Positions 9,209 to 18,214 of a stretch of 64,000 bases of DNA are shown piece after piece (the first letter of the stretch is position 1; every line of letters begins with the position of its first letter). The notes beneath the pieces are model-generated. The model ran no database searches. It saw only the letters and a program-made list of their open reading frames with translations, and had not been told where the DNA came from. Location of the stretch: the sequence record MT446416.1; one strand, written 5' to 3'. The translations under genes were made by a program, and so were the position numbers.

Positions 9209-9262
9209 TTTGTTTTCCCCCGTGTTGGTATATATACATAGTACTAAAACATTTGAGTACTG

Positions 9263-9517
9263 TCAACGTGAAATTCTTTTAATAGCAGTATTATACTGCT
9301 GGTGCTCATACAAACTAATTTTACCAGTACTCTCGATAACGATTCTATTGTTAGTGTCTACATCGATAACACGCAGTTTACCGTTGCTTAACTTCCTAGG
9401 TAATATGTTACCATTAATAAACTCATTAGCAAGCTGTACGGCCTTTGTGATGATTCTCTGAGGGGCTTTATAGTGTACCCGCAAGATATTATCTTTAGAT
9501 AGTTGTACCTTAATCAT
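9263..9517 (-). CDS. Hypothetical early protein
   Basis: ORF with RBS. Confidence 0.7.
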   Translation of the reverse strand: MIKVQLSKDNILRVHYKAPQRIITKAVQLANEFINGNILPRKLSNGKLRVIDVDTNNRIVIESTGKISLYEHQQYNTAIKRISR

Positions 9518-9579
9518 TTTAGTTTATCCTATAAAAAAAGCGGGAACTGATCCCGCCGTGTTGTTAGTACTGCTAGGTA

Positions 9580-9984
9580 TTAGATAACCTGTCGGCGTTT
9601 ACTGAATACAGTAACACTGTTTCCCTTGCGGTCGTGGCGGATCTCTCGTTGGTTGCGAATCAGTACACTTGGACGCTTCAAGTTAGCCAGATGATCCGCG
9701 TGAGTCCATGCATTCGAATTTACGGAAACTTTAATATCAGAACCCGCGACGAATTCATCTTGAGCGTTAAGAATTGCCGCCAGTTCTTCAGCTTGTTTTT
9801 GTTCTGCTGCTGTCAGTACTGGCTCAGGTGAATTCACAATATCAGAGATTTCTTTGAACTGTACGGCCCAGCGTTGGCCTTTCGGTGCATCTTTGCCCAT
9901 GTCTTTAAATAGCTCACCTTCCTCGCGTGCAACAATACGGGCAGCTTCACGGGTAGCGTAGAATTTAGTAATCATGGTATACAT
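9580..9984 (-). CDS. Hypothetical early protein, paralog of 21493..21756
   Basis: Shared TRE.AR..AR, FKDMG, RWAV and HDRKGN.VTV. Confidence 0.8.
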   Translation of the reverse strand: MYTMITKFYATREAARIVAREEGELFKDMGKDAPKGQRWAVQFKEISDIVNSPEPVLTAAEQKQAEELAAILNAQDEFVAGSDIKVSVNSNAWTHADHLANLKRPSVLIRNQREIRHDRKGNSVTVFSKRRQVI

Positions 9985-10070
9985 CCTATTAGTTAAGTTA
10001 GTACTACAAGCGAGAGTCTATTATAAAGTACTATCTGTGTAATGTCAAATAGTACTTTAAATGGATTCTA

Positions 10071-10394
10071 TTACATGTCTTTCTTACGTTTTACATCGTA
10101 GTAGCGAACTGTTATTTCTTTGTTAATCTCTTTTTCGATGCGGTGAATAACTTTTTCTTTCGGGTTGAAACCTATAACGGTTTCTTTAATGATCTCCAAA
10201 CCAGTGTATTCGCCTTGCGTACCGTAACCGTATGTAAAGGTTTCGTGTCCCAGGTCTTCCCAGCGGTCGCCAATTAACGCAGACACGTAGCAAGAGTGGT
10301 AAGTATTGCCGTTCCGATCAGTCCAGCGATTAACTTTAATGTCAAAGGAGGTTACAATTTTCAGTTCTACTTTCTGGGTAAGGATCATAGCCAT
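10071..10394 (-). CDS. Hypothetical early protein, paralog of 16639..16983
   Basis: Shared RW...GNTY.S, F.YGYG and DVKRKKD. Confidence 0.8.
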   Translation of the reverse strand: MAMILTQKVELKIVTSFDIKVNRWTDRNGNTYHSCYVSALIGDRWEDLGHETFTYGYGTQGEYTGLEIIKETVIGFNPKEKVIHRIEKEINKEITVRYYDVKRKKDM

Positions 10395-10481
10395 TTTTAT
10401 TTCTCTCTTTTAGTTAGGAGGGGAACCATTCCCCTCACTTGATGTAATCTATTATACAGTACTAAGATACTTTGTCAATAC

Positions 10482-10757
10482 TTAAGTATTGTAAATGTCG
10501 TGAATAGTGATAAAGTTTTTACGACCGTAAACCTGTAAATCGGTATCAATGTAGTGTTTATCTAGTACATCCTCGACGCTTAACGCGGTGTCGTGGATAT
10601 CTTCGTAGAATTGAGGATCTACAATCTTGCTTAAGTCATCCGGTGTTAACTTATCGTTAAGCCATTGCACCGCCTGGATATCTGCTTCACGTTTCCAGTC
10701 TTGCAGGTTAGTAGTCAGTACTTGCTCGATTTCGTTAGCTGTCAGTAGAATCCGCAT
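10482..10757 (-). CDS. Hypothetical acidic early protein
   Basis: ORF with an AAGGA RBS and its own promoter. Confidence 0.75.
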   Translation of the reverse strand: MRILLTANEIEQVLTTNLQDWKREADIQAVQWLNDKLTPDDLSKIVDPQFYEDIHDTALSVEDVLDKHYIDTDLQVYGRKNFITIHDIYNT

Positions 10758-10825
10758 TTTAATGTTTCCTTATCAGTGGTTGATGTAAGTATTATACTCG
10801 TTTACTTTCTATTGTCAATCTTTTT

Positions 10826-10901
10826 ATCAGGGGAGTTTTTCGTATGTCTTACTCCTGGACTACTTAACGGGGTTACTTGTTTCGTTCCCCCGTCCTGATG
10901 T
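10826..10901 (-). ncRNA. Structured RNA, family 2 (14-nt-loop hairpin), copy 1
   Basis: Promoter-driven, no ORF; GGAGT-AAGACATACGAAAA-ACTCC hairpin at 10832-10855; near-identical to 20819-20895. Confidence 0.55.
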
Positions 10902-10975
10902 AAAACATTATACTTGATTTTAAGTACAATGCAAGTACTTTTTAAAAATAGTTTTCAGTACTAGCCACCAGCAAA

Positions 10976-11062
10976 TAATAGATACATTTATGCACCCTGT
11001 GGGCTGATTTGTTTCTATGCGTATATAATAGCAAAGGGACTTACCGGAGTCAATCCCTTTTT
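10976..11062 (-). ncRNA. Small-RNA-like unit, family 1, copy 3
   Basis: Promoter, then GCCCACAGGGTGCATAAATGTATCTA; Chi site just downstream (10965). Confidence 0.5.
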
Positions 11063-11071
11063 TAATTATTT

Positions 11072-11221
11072 TTAAACTTGTTTTGGGTTGCGATATGTGA
11101 TAGCGTTCGGGTACATTTGTTTAATGTTATTCCATGCCTGGTTAACATTATAACCACTTGAGCGAATCAGTTGGTTACTACCGACACCTTGAAACACTAC
11201 TTCGAATAAGAATTCTTTCAT
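11072..11221 (-). CDS. Small hypothetical protein (49 aa)
   Basis: Hand translation MKEFLFEVVFQG...; ATGA-coupled to the upstream gene. Confidence 0.65.
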   Translation of the reverse strand: MKEFLFEVVFQGVGSNQLIRSSGYNVNQAWNNIKQMYPNAITYRNPKQV

Positions 11222-11391
11222 GCTTTCACCTCGCGATCTGCTTTACCTTTACGCCACGCTGTTGCTAATTGTTCGCGTTGCCATAAGTCGAGTGATACGT
11301 AAAGTTTTGCATTATCACCCTTCGGATATTCGCCAGTAGTACCAATCCGATAAAACAGATCTTTCAGTACTGTCAATTCTACCTGGATCAT
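11218..11391 (-). CDS. Small hypothetical early protein
   Basis: Start corrected to MIQVELT. Confidence 0.7.
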   Translation of the reverse strand: MIQVELTVLKDLFYRIGTTGEYPKGDNAKLYVSLDLWQREQLATAWRKGKADREVKA

Positions 11392-11477
11392 TATACTTTC
11401 CTCTTTGTTAGGAGGGGAACTATTCCCCTCTCGATATAAAACATTATACACTTTATTCAGTACTGTGCAAGTACTTT

Positions 11478-11690
11478 TTAATCTTTCAGCCAATGATCCT
11501 GAATGAATTTTTCACCAAATCCCTGTTTCATGGATTCTAACAGGCGTTCACGGTGAGCGTTGGCGAATTGCTCCGTACTATGCGTTACACCTGGTTGATA
11601 TCTGGATTCACCATTGGGGGCGATGTATTGCACATCCCACGGTTTAGCGTTAGTATCAGACCATTTACGAACGATTAGTTGACCTTGCAT
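11478..11690 (-). CDS. Hypothetical early protein
   Basis: ORF with its own promoter module. Confidence 0.75.
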   Translation of the reverse strand: MQGQLIVRKWSDTNAKPWDVQYIAPNGESRYQPGVTHSTEQFANAHRERLLESMKQGFGEKFIQDHWLKD

Positions 11691-11776
11691 TTTTCTTTCC
11701 TCTTAGTGGGGAGAATCATTTCTCCCCTTCATGTAAACTATTATACAGTACTATAATCTATTGTCCAGTACTTTTT

Positions 11777-11965
11777 TTACAGTTTATGAATCAATTCTTT
11801 ATCTAAGCGATAGCGTACATTATTAATAGTAACGGCATTGTTTTTAATGCTACGCTGTACTGGTCCACCAGCAATAACAAACGTTGCCTTATTACCCCGA
11901 ACAATGATAGCACTTCCTGGATTGCTGTATTCATCTTGTACTAAAATACTTGATAAGTTTTCCAT
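11777..11965 (-). CDS. Hypothetical early protein
   Basis: ORF with its own promoter module. Confidence 0.75.
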   Translation of the reverse strand: MENLSSILVQDEYSNPGSAIIVRGNKATFVIAGGPVQRSIKNNAVTINNVRYRLDKELIHKL

Positions 11966-12052
11966 TTTTATTTCCTCTTAGTAGGGGAAGATGTTTCCCC
12001 TTGATGTAATACAGTATACACTATCTTTCAGTACTGTCAATACTTTTTAGTA

Positions 12053-12409
12053 TTACGATAAAATCATGATAGGATATTCACTATCGATCAGTACTTCGAA
12101 TCCAAAACCTTCGTACCATTCTTTAAGATTAAAGGCGTTATCTTCTCCCGTATCGCATTCTAAAATGATACAATCGGAATCATCAGCGGCATCAATAAAG
12201 GCATTCATTAATTCGTTACCTTCACCATTGCCCCGACTATCAGGATCAACATAAAGAGAATCAATAAACGCTACACGGTCATAATCAAGATCCGGTGCAA
12301 TGATTCCACGTTTTTCAAACCAGTACTGCAATTGTGCTACTTTGCCCTGTACTTGATAGCCAGTGATCTCGCCATTGTCAGTAGTACGCGTGATATGTTG
12401 TATTCCCAT
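12053..12409 (-). CDS. GNAT-family acetyltransferase
   Basis: Motif A: IDSLYVDPDSRGNGEGNELM; C-terminal WYEGFGF. Confidence 0.85.
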   Translation of the reverse strand: MGIQHITRTTDNGEITGYQVQGKVAQLQYWFEKRGIIAPDLDYDRVAFIDSLYVDPDSRGNGEGNELMNAFIDAADDSDCIILECDTGEDNAFNLKEWYEGFGFEVLIDSEYPIMILS

Positions 12410-12472
12410 GATTTCTATCCTCAGTTAAGATATAAAATATTATACACTATCTTTCAGTACTGTCAATACTTT

Positions 12473-12730
12473 TTATCTCATAGATCTATGCCAACAATTA
12501 CGCGGGGGACGTTTAAAAGTACTATCATGATCCTCCTGGCAAGTTATGCAGTACATGCACCCTACAACGGCCTGGCGTCGATTCTCAGGGATTAAATCAC
12601 CGCAATCATGACAATGTGTTAGTGATTCTCTTTGTGCGTTAATTTGCTTTCTAGCGTGGTTTACGGCGGCCTGAATCACTGCGTTAATCTCGTCTTGTTC
12701 GGCCCCGTCTTTCGCGAATCCTACTGCCAT
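12473..12730 (-). CDS. ybiI: DksA/TraR C4 zinc-finger protein (YbiI-like)
   Basis: MAVGFAKD..., ESLTHCHDCGDLIPENRRQA...CMYCITCQE; closely follows the YbiI/TraR pattern. Confidence 0.85.
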   Translation of the reverse strand: MAVGFAKDGAEQDEINAVIQAAVNHARKQINAQRESLTHCHDCGDLIPENRRQAVVGCMYCITCQEDHDSTFKRPPRNCWHRSMR

Positions 12731-13065
12731 TATTTTAACCTCATTATAAAAATACTATATTACTGTAATGCTACAATAATACTACTAGTACTAATCTTAT
12801 TCAAACCACATGATACTACATATCCACCAGCATTACCACGGATAGTAACGCCTTTGTACTGTCTATATAAATTCAACTGCGTTTATTGCCTTTGATCAAG
12901 AATTGATCAGAATTATACGCCTTATGCTAAATTGATCCAGTACTTTTTGATCATTTATTGATCAATATTATACAGTTACATTTGTGCACCCTATGGGTTG
13001 GTGACGTTCTCGTCTTGATGTAAGTATTATGCCAGTACTGGATGATATTGTCAATAGATTATTTT
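12731..13065 (-). other. Non-coding AT-rich stretch with a family-1 unit, five TTGATC sites and a Chi site
   Basis: GATC at 12894, 12905, 12934, 12949 and 12960; ACCCATAGGGTGCAC motif at ~12985-12999 behind TTGACA-17-CATAAT; CCACCAGC at 12824. Confidence 0.6.
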
Positions 13066-13256
13066 AACTTTTTTCTGTCATTGATTAATGCTTTCAGTAC
13101 TATACTAATGATTTGCAATGATTCATCAATGACTATAAAATTATTATCTTTCATTAGATGATAGTTACCATTGATATTATATTCTAATGAGTACTGTTTA
13201 CGTTTAATTTTTGATAATGTTTCTATTTGTTTTTGTACTGATTTCATGCTAATCAT
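13059..13256 (-). CDS. Hypothetical protein
   Basis: ORF track. Confidence 0.6.
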   Translation of the reverse strand: MISMKSVQKQIETLSKIKRKQYSLEYNINGNYHLMKDNNFIVIDESLQIISIVLKALINDRKKLK

Positions 13257-13361
13257 TGTTAAACGTCCTGTAACGCATTCTAACGATATAAACGGTTTAG
13301 TACTGGCATTGTATAGGGTAAATGATTAAAGCCCACCAGCGTTAACTAGTGGGCTATAATC

Positions 13362-13505
13362 TTACATCTTGCGGATAATCTTAACAGTATCTTTCACCGA
13401 TTTACCGTCTTGCTGGCATTGCTCGATCATCGCGTATTGTTCTGCGGTCAGATCCTCGCCAGTTTTTGCCAGTACTGCATCGATGAATGAATCCAGTGCG
13501 ATCAT
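13362..13505 (-). CDS. Small hypothetical protein (47 aa)
   Basis: Hand translation MIALDSFIDAVLAKTGE...; own promoter; GCCCAC hairpin terminator at ~13331-13354. Confidence 0.65.
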   Translation of the reverse strand: MIALDSFIDAVLAKTGEDLTAEQYAMIEQCQQDGKSVKDTVKIIRKM

Positions 13506-13595
13506 TTTATTTCTCTCTTAGGTTAAGTTAACTACTGTTTATAAAACTTATTATACAGTACTATCAATCTATGTCAATAGTACTGGTAATATATT

Positions 13596-13847
13596 TTATA
13601 CGGGCTGTACCGCCAGTGTATTATCTGTTATAACCTGGTACATAACTTTTACAGTACTGTATGCTTCTTTGATGCTTAGCCCTTGAACTACAGGGACTTC
13701 ATCAGCACCACCAGGAAGGGTACGCGAGATAACCAGTTTATCATTTTCTGAATGTACACAGTAACGATAGGTCATCTGGCGACGGGCTAACGCATCATTC
13801 AAGTACTGTAAGTGGCGTTCTACGTTCTCGCGAGTAATACGGGTCAT
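13596..13847 (-). CDS. Hypothetical early protein
   Basis: Start corrected to MTRITRE (AAGGA RBS). Confidence 0.75.
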   Translation of the reverse strand: MTRITRENVERHLQYLNDALARRQMTYRYCVHSENDKLVISRTLPGGADEVPVVQGLSIKEAYSTVKVMYQVITDNTLAVQPV

Positions 13848-13930
13848 GATTGTTTCCTTAATAGTGTGGACTTGATAAAACTTATTATACAGTACTATCA
13901 ATCTTTGTCAATAGTACTGTGATAATATTT

Positions 13931-14143
13931 TTAGTTAATGATAGTCAGTGTAAAATTGTAATCCCCTGCCTGGTATAGTACTTTGTCGCCGAACGTACCA
14001 ACACGTTTCATATTGCAATAGATACCCATAACACTTTTTACATCTTTGATATTCCGAACGCCTGTGATATCCTTGTTGAAATTTTCATGATCAGAAAATA
14101 AAACTTGTTTTGCATTTTTCAGTACAGTGCAGATATTAGCCAT
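13931..14143 (-). CDS. Hypothetical early protein
   Basis: ORF with promoter module. Confidence 0.75.
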   Translation of the reverse strand: MANICTVLKNAKQVLFSDHENFNKDITGVRNIKDVKSVMGIYCNMKRVGTFGDKVLYQAGDYNFTLTIIN

Positions 14144-14237
14144 TTTGTTTTCTCTTTGTTAGTGGGGAGAATCATTTCTCCCCTTGATGTAACTTATTAT
14201 ACAGTACTATAATCTATTGTCAAACTATTTTTTAATA

Positions 14238-14576
14238 TTATTCGAAATCTTCTGGACCGGACTGATAATCATCTTCACCGTATGCACTTTCTAACTTCTC
14301 GCCAGTGTGATCATCAGTTAGTGAGTCATCCTCATAGTTCACGTCTACGCCCGTGATGTAAAACTGGCTATCGTCTGGATCATTGAAATTAATTTTCTGA
14401 ATGTTTACAATAACTGTATTGATTCCCAGGACACCGCCATCAGCCGTTACAAAGTACTGATAGTTTTCACAACCGCCTGAATTGAAACCGTAATTAATTT
14501 CGGCCCGACCATCATTTAAACGCAGTGCCTGGGCGATGATTTCGTTTTCAAAGTTAGATTGAGCGATTGAGATCAT
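14238..14576 (-). CDS. Acidic hypothetical phage protein
   Basis: YFVTADGG...VNYEDDSL...ESAYG; the pattern resembles an uncharacterised phage family (from memory). Confidence 0.75.
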   Translation of the reverse strand: MISIAQSNFENEIIAQALRLNDGRAEINYGFNSGGCENYQYFVTADGGVLGINTVIVNIQKINFNDPDDSQFYITGVDVNYEDDSLTDDHTGEKLESAYGEDDYQSGPEDFE

Positions 14577-14640
14577 TTTGTAGTTCCTTGTTTGCTTAAG
14601 ATGGGACTATTATATAATAGCCCCGTTGTGTTGTCTAGTA

Positions 14641-15108
14641 CTATTTCACGTTAATTTCAAAGTACTGCTCTTTGATGTTTTCCTGTTGGTAAATCTCGTT
14701 TAATGCTTTAAGATCTAACACCTGTTTACCTGCGGCCCGAATATACTTGTTAAGAGTCGCTAACAGCTTCTCAGGCGTGTTTGTAGTCTTACGTGTTGGG
14801 ATCTTATCGTGTCCCATAGCGTAGTACTGTTTACGTGGAATAGTACTGATAACGCTGCGGTACGGTTCCATGATCAGCTTGTCTGTGTATTCGTCGCTAT
14901 CCCCGAACTTCATACCGTGGATCGCAAAGGTCATCATCATGCGGTCGTTATCGCGGATATTGTGGGGGCAATCGGCAAGCTCGCGAGTCAGTGACATAGT
15001 GATCCCCACGTCGCCACCCAGCGGTAAAGGTCGGGCGATAAAGAAACCGTTAGGGAATACTTTCAGGAAGTTTTCTTGTACTGCTGCGACGAATTCGATG
15101 CTATTCAT
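14641..15108 (-). CDS. Hypothetical early protein
   Basis: 155-aa ORF with promoter module. Confidence 0.8.
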   Translation of the reverse strand: MNSIEFVAAVQENFLKVFPNGFFIARPLPLGGDVGITMSLTRELADCPHNIRDNDRMMMTFAIHGMKFGDSDEYTDKLIMEPYRSVISTIPRKQYYAMGHDKIPTRKTTNTPEKLLATLNKYIRAAGKQVLDLKALNEIYQQENIKEQYFEINVK

Positions 15109-15228
15109 AATTCATTTCCTTAATTAGTGGGGGAAGTTGTTTCCCCTCTCGATGAAAAACATTATACGCCAATTGAGATAGTTTGCAAGTACTTTTTAAA
15201 AATAGTTTTCAGTACTCAATACTTATAT

Positions 15229-15320
15229 AATAGATACACTTATGCACCCGGTGGGCTAGTGAGCTATCTCTCAATGAATATATAATAGCAAAATGGCTGA
15301 CCGAAGTCAACCACTTTTTT
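15229..15320 (-). ncRNA. Small-RNA-like unit, family 1, behind a UUCG terminator-promoter cassette
   Basis: GGTTGACTTCGGTCAGCC cassette, TATTAT, then GCCCACCGGGTGCATAAGTGTATCTA. Confidence 0.5.
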
Positions 15321-15323
15321 CAT

Positions 15324-15464
15324 TTATTTTTTAGCTTTTAGAATCGCCGCCTTTCGCGTCATGCCTTGCTTAATGTACTCCTTTACTTTCGCTTTACGTG
15401 CTTTCGCTTTATTTGCTTTCGTAAATGCCGAACAACTTTTATAGTTTAAACCTGTTGGATTCAT
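15324..15464 (-). CDS. 46-aa Lys/Ala-rich basic protein
   Basis: Hand translation MNPTGLNYKSCSAFTKANKAKARKAKVKEYIKQGMTRKAAILKAKK. Confidence 0.65.
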   Translation of the reverse strand: MNPTGLNYKSCSAFTKANKAKARKAKVKEYIKQGMTRKAAILKAKK

Positions 15465-15703
15465 TTAAATCACCATAAAGAATAGATAGGTTACTAACAA
15501 CGCCGCGATCAATGCACCGATCACCGCCGAACTGTAATAAGCAAATGATTTCATTTTTTAGCCTGGAAGTAATGTTTAATTTGTGCGGCGGTCAGTGCAC
15601 AATTTCGCAGGAAGTTTTCTGTATAACTGCGGCGAGTACTGAAAGAAAATTGACCTTTGCCGTTGCCGATAGTAACATCAAACCGAGCGTTGTATTGTTT
15701 CAT
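15465..15703 (-). CDS. Two small coupled ORFs (50 aa at 15551..15703; 29-aa hydrophobic peptide at 15465..15554)
   Basis: Hand translation; GGAG RBS and ATGA coupling. Confidence 0.55.
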
Positions 15704-15774
15704 TTTGATTCTCCTTGTATCAGGGAGGAACCATTTCCCCCCCCTCTATGTAAAACATTATACAGTACTGAAAA

Positions 15775-15984
15775 CTAATTGCAAGTATTATTTTCTAAAA
15801 AATGATTGTATGCTGAATCAACCACTCTTTCGATAACATACGCCAACGGCCCGTATCCAACTACATGACTACAATAGAAAGGACTACGATTAGAATCATC
15901 GTATGCAAATACTTTTTCAGGATCTGCATCAATCACATACATATTAACCTCTAAGATGTCGATCTTATCCTGTACAGTAAGCAT
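15775..15984 (-). CDS. Hypothetical protein
   Basis: Start corrected to MLTVQDK, coupled to the upstream stop. Confidence 0.65.
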   Translation of the reverse strand: MLTVQDKIDILEVNMYVIDADPEKVFAYDDSNRSPFYCSHVVGYGPLAYVIERVVDSAYNHFLENNTCN

Positions 15985-15985
15985 A

Positions 15986-16237
15986 TTAATTACCTTTTTC
16001 AATGTTTGATAATTCTTCCCAAAAACTTCCCGGATCAATATTATCATAATCCCCTGTAACGTCCTGTAACGCATTCTCAGGCTGTTTAACGGCTGGGGTA
16101 GCCATAGCCATTGCCTGGACTTGTTCGACGCTATAACGCTCATATAGGCGGCATTCTTCCGGTGTTAACATAGCATCAATGCGTTTCATTGGTTTAATGA
16201 TGCTTTCAACTTCATTCAGTACTTGATTAACGTTCAT
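15986..16237 (-). CDS. Hypothetical protein
   Basis: GAGG RBS. Confidence 0.7.
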   Translation of the reverse strand: MNVNQVLNEVESIIKPMKRIDAMLTPEECRLYERYSVEQVQAMAMATPAVKQPENALQDVTGDYDNIDPGSFWEELSNIEKGN

Positions 16238-16288
16238 GGTATAATCCTCAATATAAGCGGCCTAAATCGACCGCTAACGATGTTTTGA

Positions 16289-16558
16289 TTAATAGGTGTA
16301 TGGTTGACGCTCAAACAATGATTGCACGTTGTACGCCCCGCTAATGGGCTTCGCTGGTATGTCGATCTTATATTTCTCACGCTTAAAGATAATAAAACGG
16401 CAATTGTTCTTAACATCAAAATTGATTGAACGTTCCAGGAGTTTTCCATCGTGCACAAATACAAGATAACCGCTCGCTACTTGTTTTGTAGTACTGGTTG
16501 CAACCATTGACCGCCTAACATGCGTACCTGCATCGATTAAAGTACTGATATTTTTCAT
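16289..16558 (-). CDS. Hypothetical protein
   Basis: GAGG RBS. Confidence 0.7.
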   Translation of the reverse strand: MKNISTLIDAGTHVRRSMVATSTTKQVASGYLVFVHDGKLLERSINFDVKNNCRFIIFKREKYKIDIPAKPISGAYNVQSLFERQPYTY

Positions 16559-16638
16559 TTTACTATCCTCTTAATTTGATTTAATTTCTTTCCCCTATGC
16601 AGACACTATATCAAAGTATCTGCATAAAGTAAAGCTAA

Positions 16639-16983
16639 TTAAAGATCTTTTTTGCGTTTAACATCAGTTACCGAACTGTAAACAGTGATATTATTGTCAC
16701 GGCAAAAACGGGAAAGATAAGAACCGCGTAAAAACTCTTTACCTTCCATATTAATAACCTTGCTAAATTCTTCCATTGCTACAGTGTCAAAGTGATCCCC
16801 ATAGCCATATTGGAACGGCACGTTTACTACTTCAATAAATTCGCCATTGATTTCAACATCTACCGTTAAAGAGAAATAAGTATTACCATAAGACGCCTGG
16901 AACCAACGCCGGGCTGCAATATGTACAACTTCAACAGAAGACAGGTTGATGTTTTGTGCTGTGATAGTGTTGATGATAGCCAT
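16639..16983 (-). CDS. Hypothetical early protein, paralog of 10071..10394
   Basis: GNTYFS, FQYGYG, DVKRKKDL. Confidence 0.8.
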   Translation of the reverse strand: MAIINTITAQNINLSSVEVVHIAARRWFQASYGNTYFSLTVDVEINGEFIEVVNVPFQYGYGDHFDTVAMEEFSKVINMEGKEFLRGSYLSRFCRDNNITVYSSVTDVKRKKDL

Positions 16984-17065
16984 TTTTTGTTTCCTCTTAG
17001 TGGGGGAACCATTCCCCTTGATGTAATGTATTATACTTTATCTGATTTACTTTGCAAGTACTTTT

Positions 17066-17293
17066 TTAATTTAATTCATCCAGGCAAAGGATACGTTCTA
17101 CACCTAAATCAGTTAAACTAATAGACGGCACTTGATAGGTTTCAATGTATGCTACACTTGCCCACTGACCGAACTCATTAACGGCCCAGGTATCCATTGC
17201 AAAATGCAATTCCGCACCTGCCTTGTTGGTAATGACTGCAACTACTTGTTCGTTGCCAGTAGTACCAGATACGCGAGTAATGATAATAGCCAT
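17066..17293 (-). CDS. Hypothetical early protein
   Basis: Start corrected to MAIIITR. Confidence 0.75.
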   Translation of the reverse strand: MAIIITRVSGTTGNEQVVAVITNKAGAELHFAMDTWAVNEFGQWASVAYIETYQVPSISLTDLGVERILCLDELN

Positions 17294-17539
17294 TGTTTTG
17301 ATTCCTTTTATTTGGAGGGGAAACTGTTTCCCCCCCTCTCGATGTAAAACATTATACGCTAATCTCTTTATAGTGCAAGTACTTTTTATTACTTTTTGCA
17401 AAATACTTTAAACGCTCTCAATCGCTCTATAACAACATTAACGCCACCAGCTAGGGAAATGCATCAGATATTCAGTTTAATGCGTTAGAATCGTTTCTAG
17501 GCGGTGCTGGTGGCCTGGTAAACGGTAAACACAAAAAAT

Positions 17540-17566
17540 CCCACTGTTTAAGGTGGGCTAGTGATT
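17540..17566 (-). terminator. Hairpin terminator; identical 27-bp copy at 18831-18857
   Basis: CCCACTGTTTAAGGTGGGCTAGTGATT, with a U-tract on the - strand. Confidence 0.75.
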
Positions 17567-17580
17567 CAGTACTTTAATTG

Positions 17581-18063
17581 TTATGCTTCAACTTTGCGAT
17601 GAGCTTCGATCCATTCCTCGCGAGTCAATCCGCTTTCTTTGATAGCATCCAGTACTACCGAAATGCAGTTACCACGCACCGGAATCAGATATTCTTCCCC
17701 GTTATCAAGTACTACCGCTACACGTTCTTGAATCCATTTTTTAGGCTTAGACTCCGGCTTATCTTCCCCATACTTAACCGCCAGGGCTTTTTGTGCCATC
17801 TCGGTAACTACTTCCATATCCAGCCCATCTACTACCGCCTGGATACTTTCAATTGTTGCTTGTAGTTCTGCTTCACGGGCCGCCTTCGCTGCTTCAATCT
17901 CTGCCGCTTTATTTGCTTGTAGTTCTTTCGCAGTACTGTAAGCGATGTTAAAATTATTGCGAACCGCTTTCATGGTATCGTTATCCAGTTCAGCCAGGAT
18001 CTCTGCCGCTACGTTAGTTTCATTTGCTACCAGTGCTTTGATGAATGATTTGATGTTAGCCAT
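17581..18063 (-). CDS. Divergent H-NS/StpA-like protein
   Basis: By-eye alignment to E. coli H-NS: NIKSFIKA vs NIRTLRA; VVDGLD...LAVKYG vs IADGID...LAAVKSG; VLDNGE...RGNCISVVLDAIKESGLTREEW vs VDENGE...[22 protein letters not shown]. Confidence 0.6.
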   Translation of the reverse strand: MANIKSFIKALVANETNVAAEILAELDNDTMKAVRNNFNIAYSTAKELQANKAAEIEAAKAAREAELQATIESIQAVVDGLDMEVVTEMAQKALAVKYGEDKPESKPKKWIQERVAVVLDNGEEYLIPVRGNCISVVLDAIKESGLTREEWIEAHRKVEA

Positions 18064-18127
18064 TAGATAAATCCTCAATTAAAGTTTAGTTTACGTTCAT
18101 TAGTGTATCAAAGTTTAATCGACGTGT

Positions 18128-18181
18128 CCAGTTTTTCGTTCGACTTACTGGCGGTCTACTTAGTGTTCCCCGTCTTGATGT
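18128..18181 (-). promoter_or_regulatory. Family-2 14-nt-loop hairpin in the 5' leader of the H-NS-like gene
   Basis: CCAGT-AAGTCGAACGAAAA-ACTGG at 18128-18151; promoter TTGACA(18209-14)...TAGAAT(18187-92). Confidence 0.6.
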
Positions 18182-18214
18182 AATACATTCTACGCCTTTT
18201 TGCGGTAATGTCAA

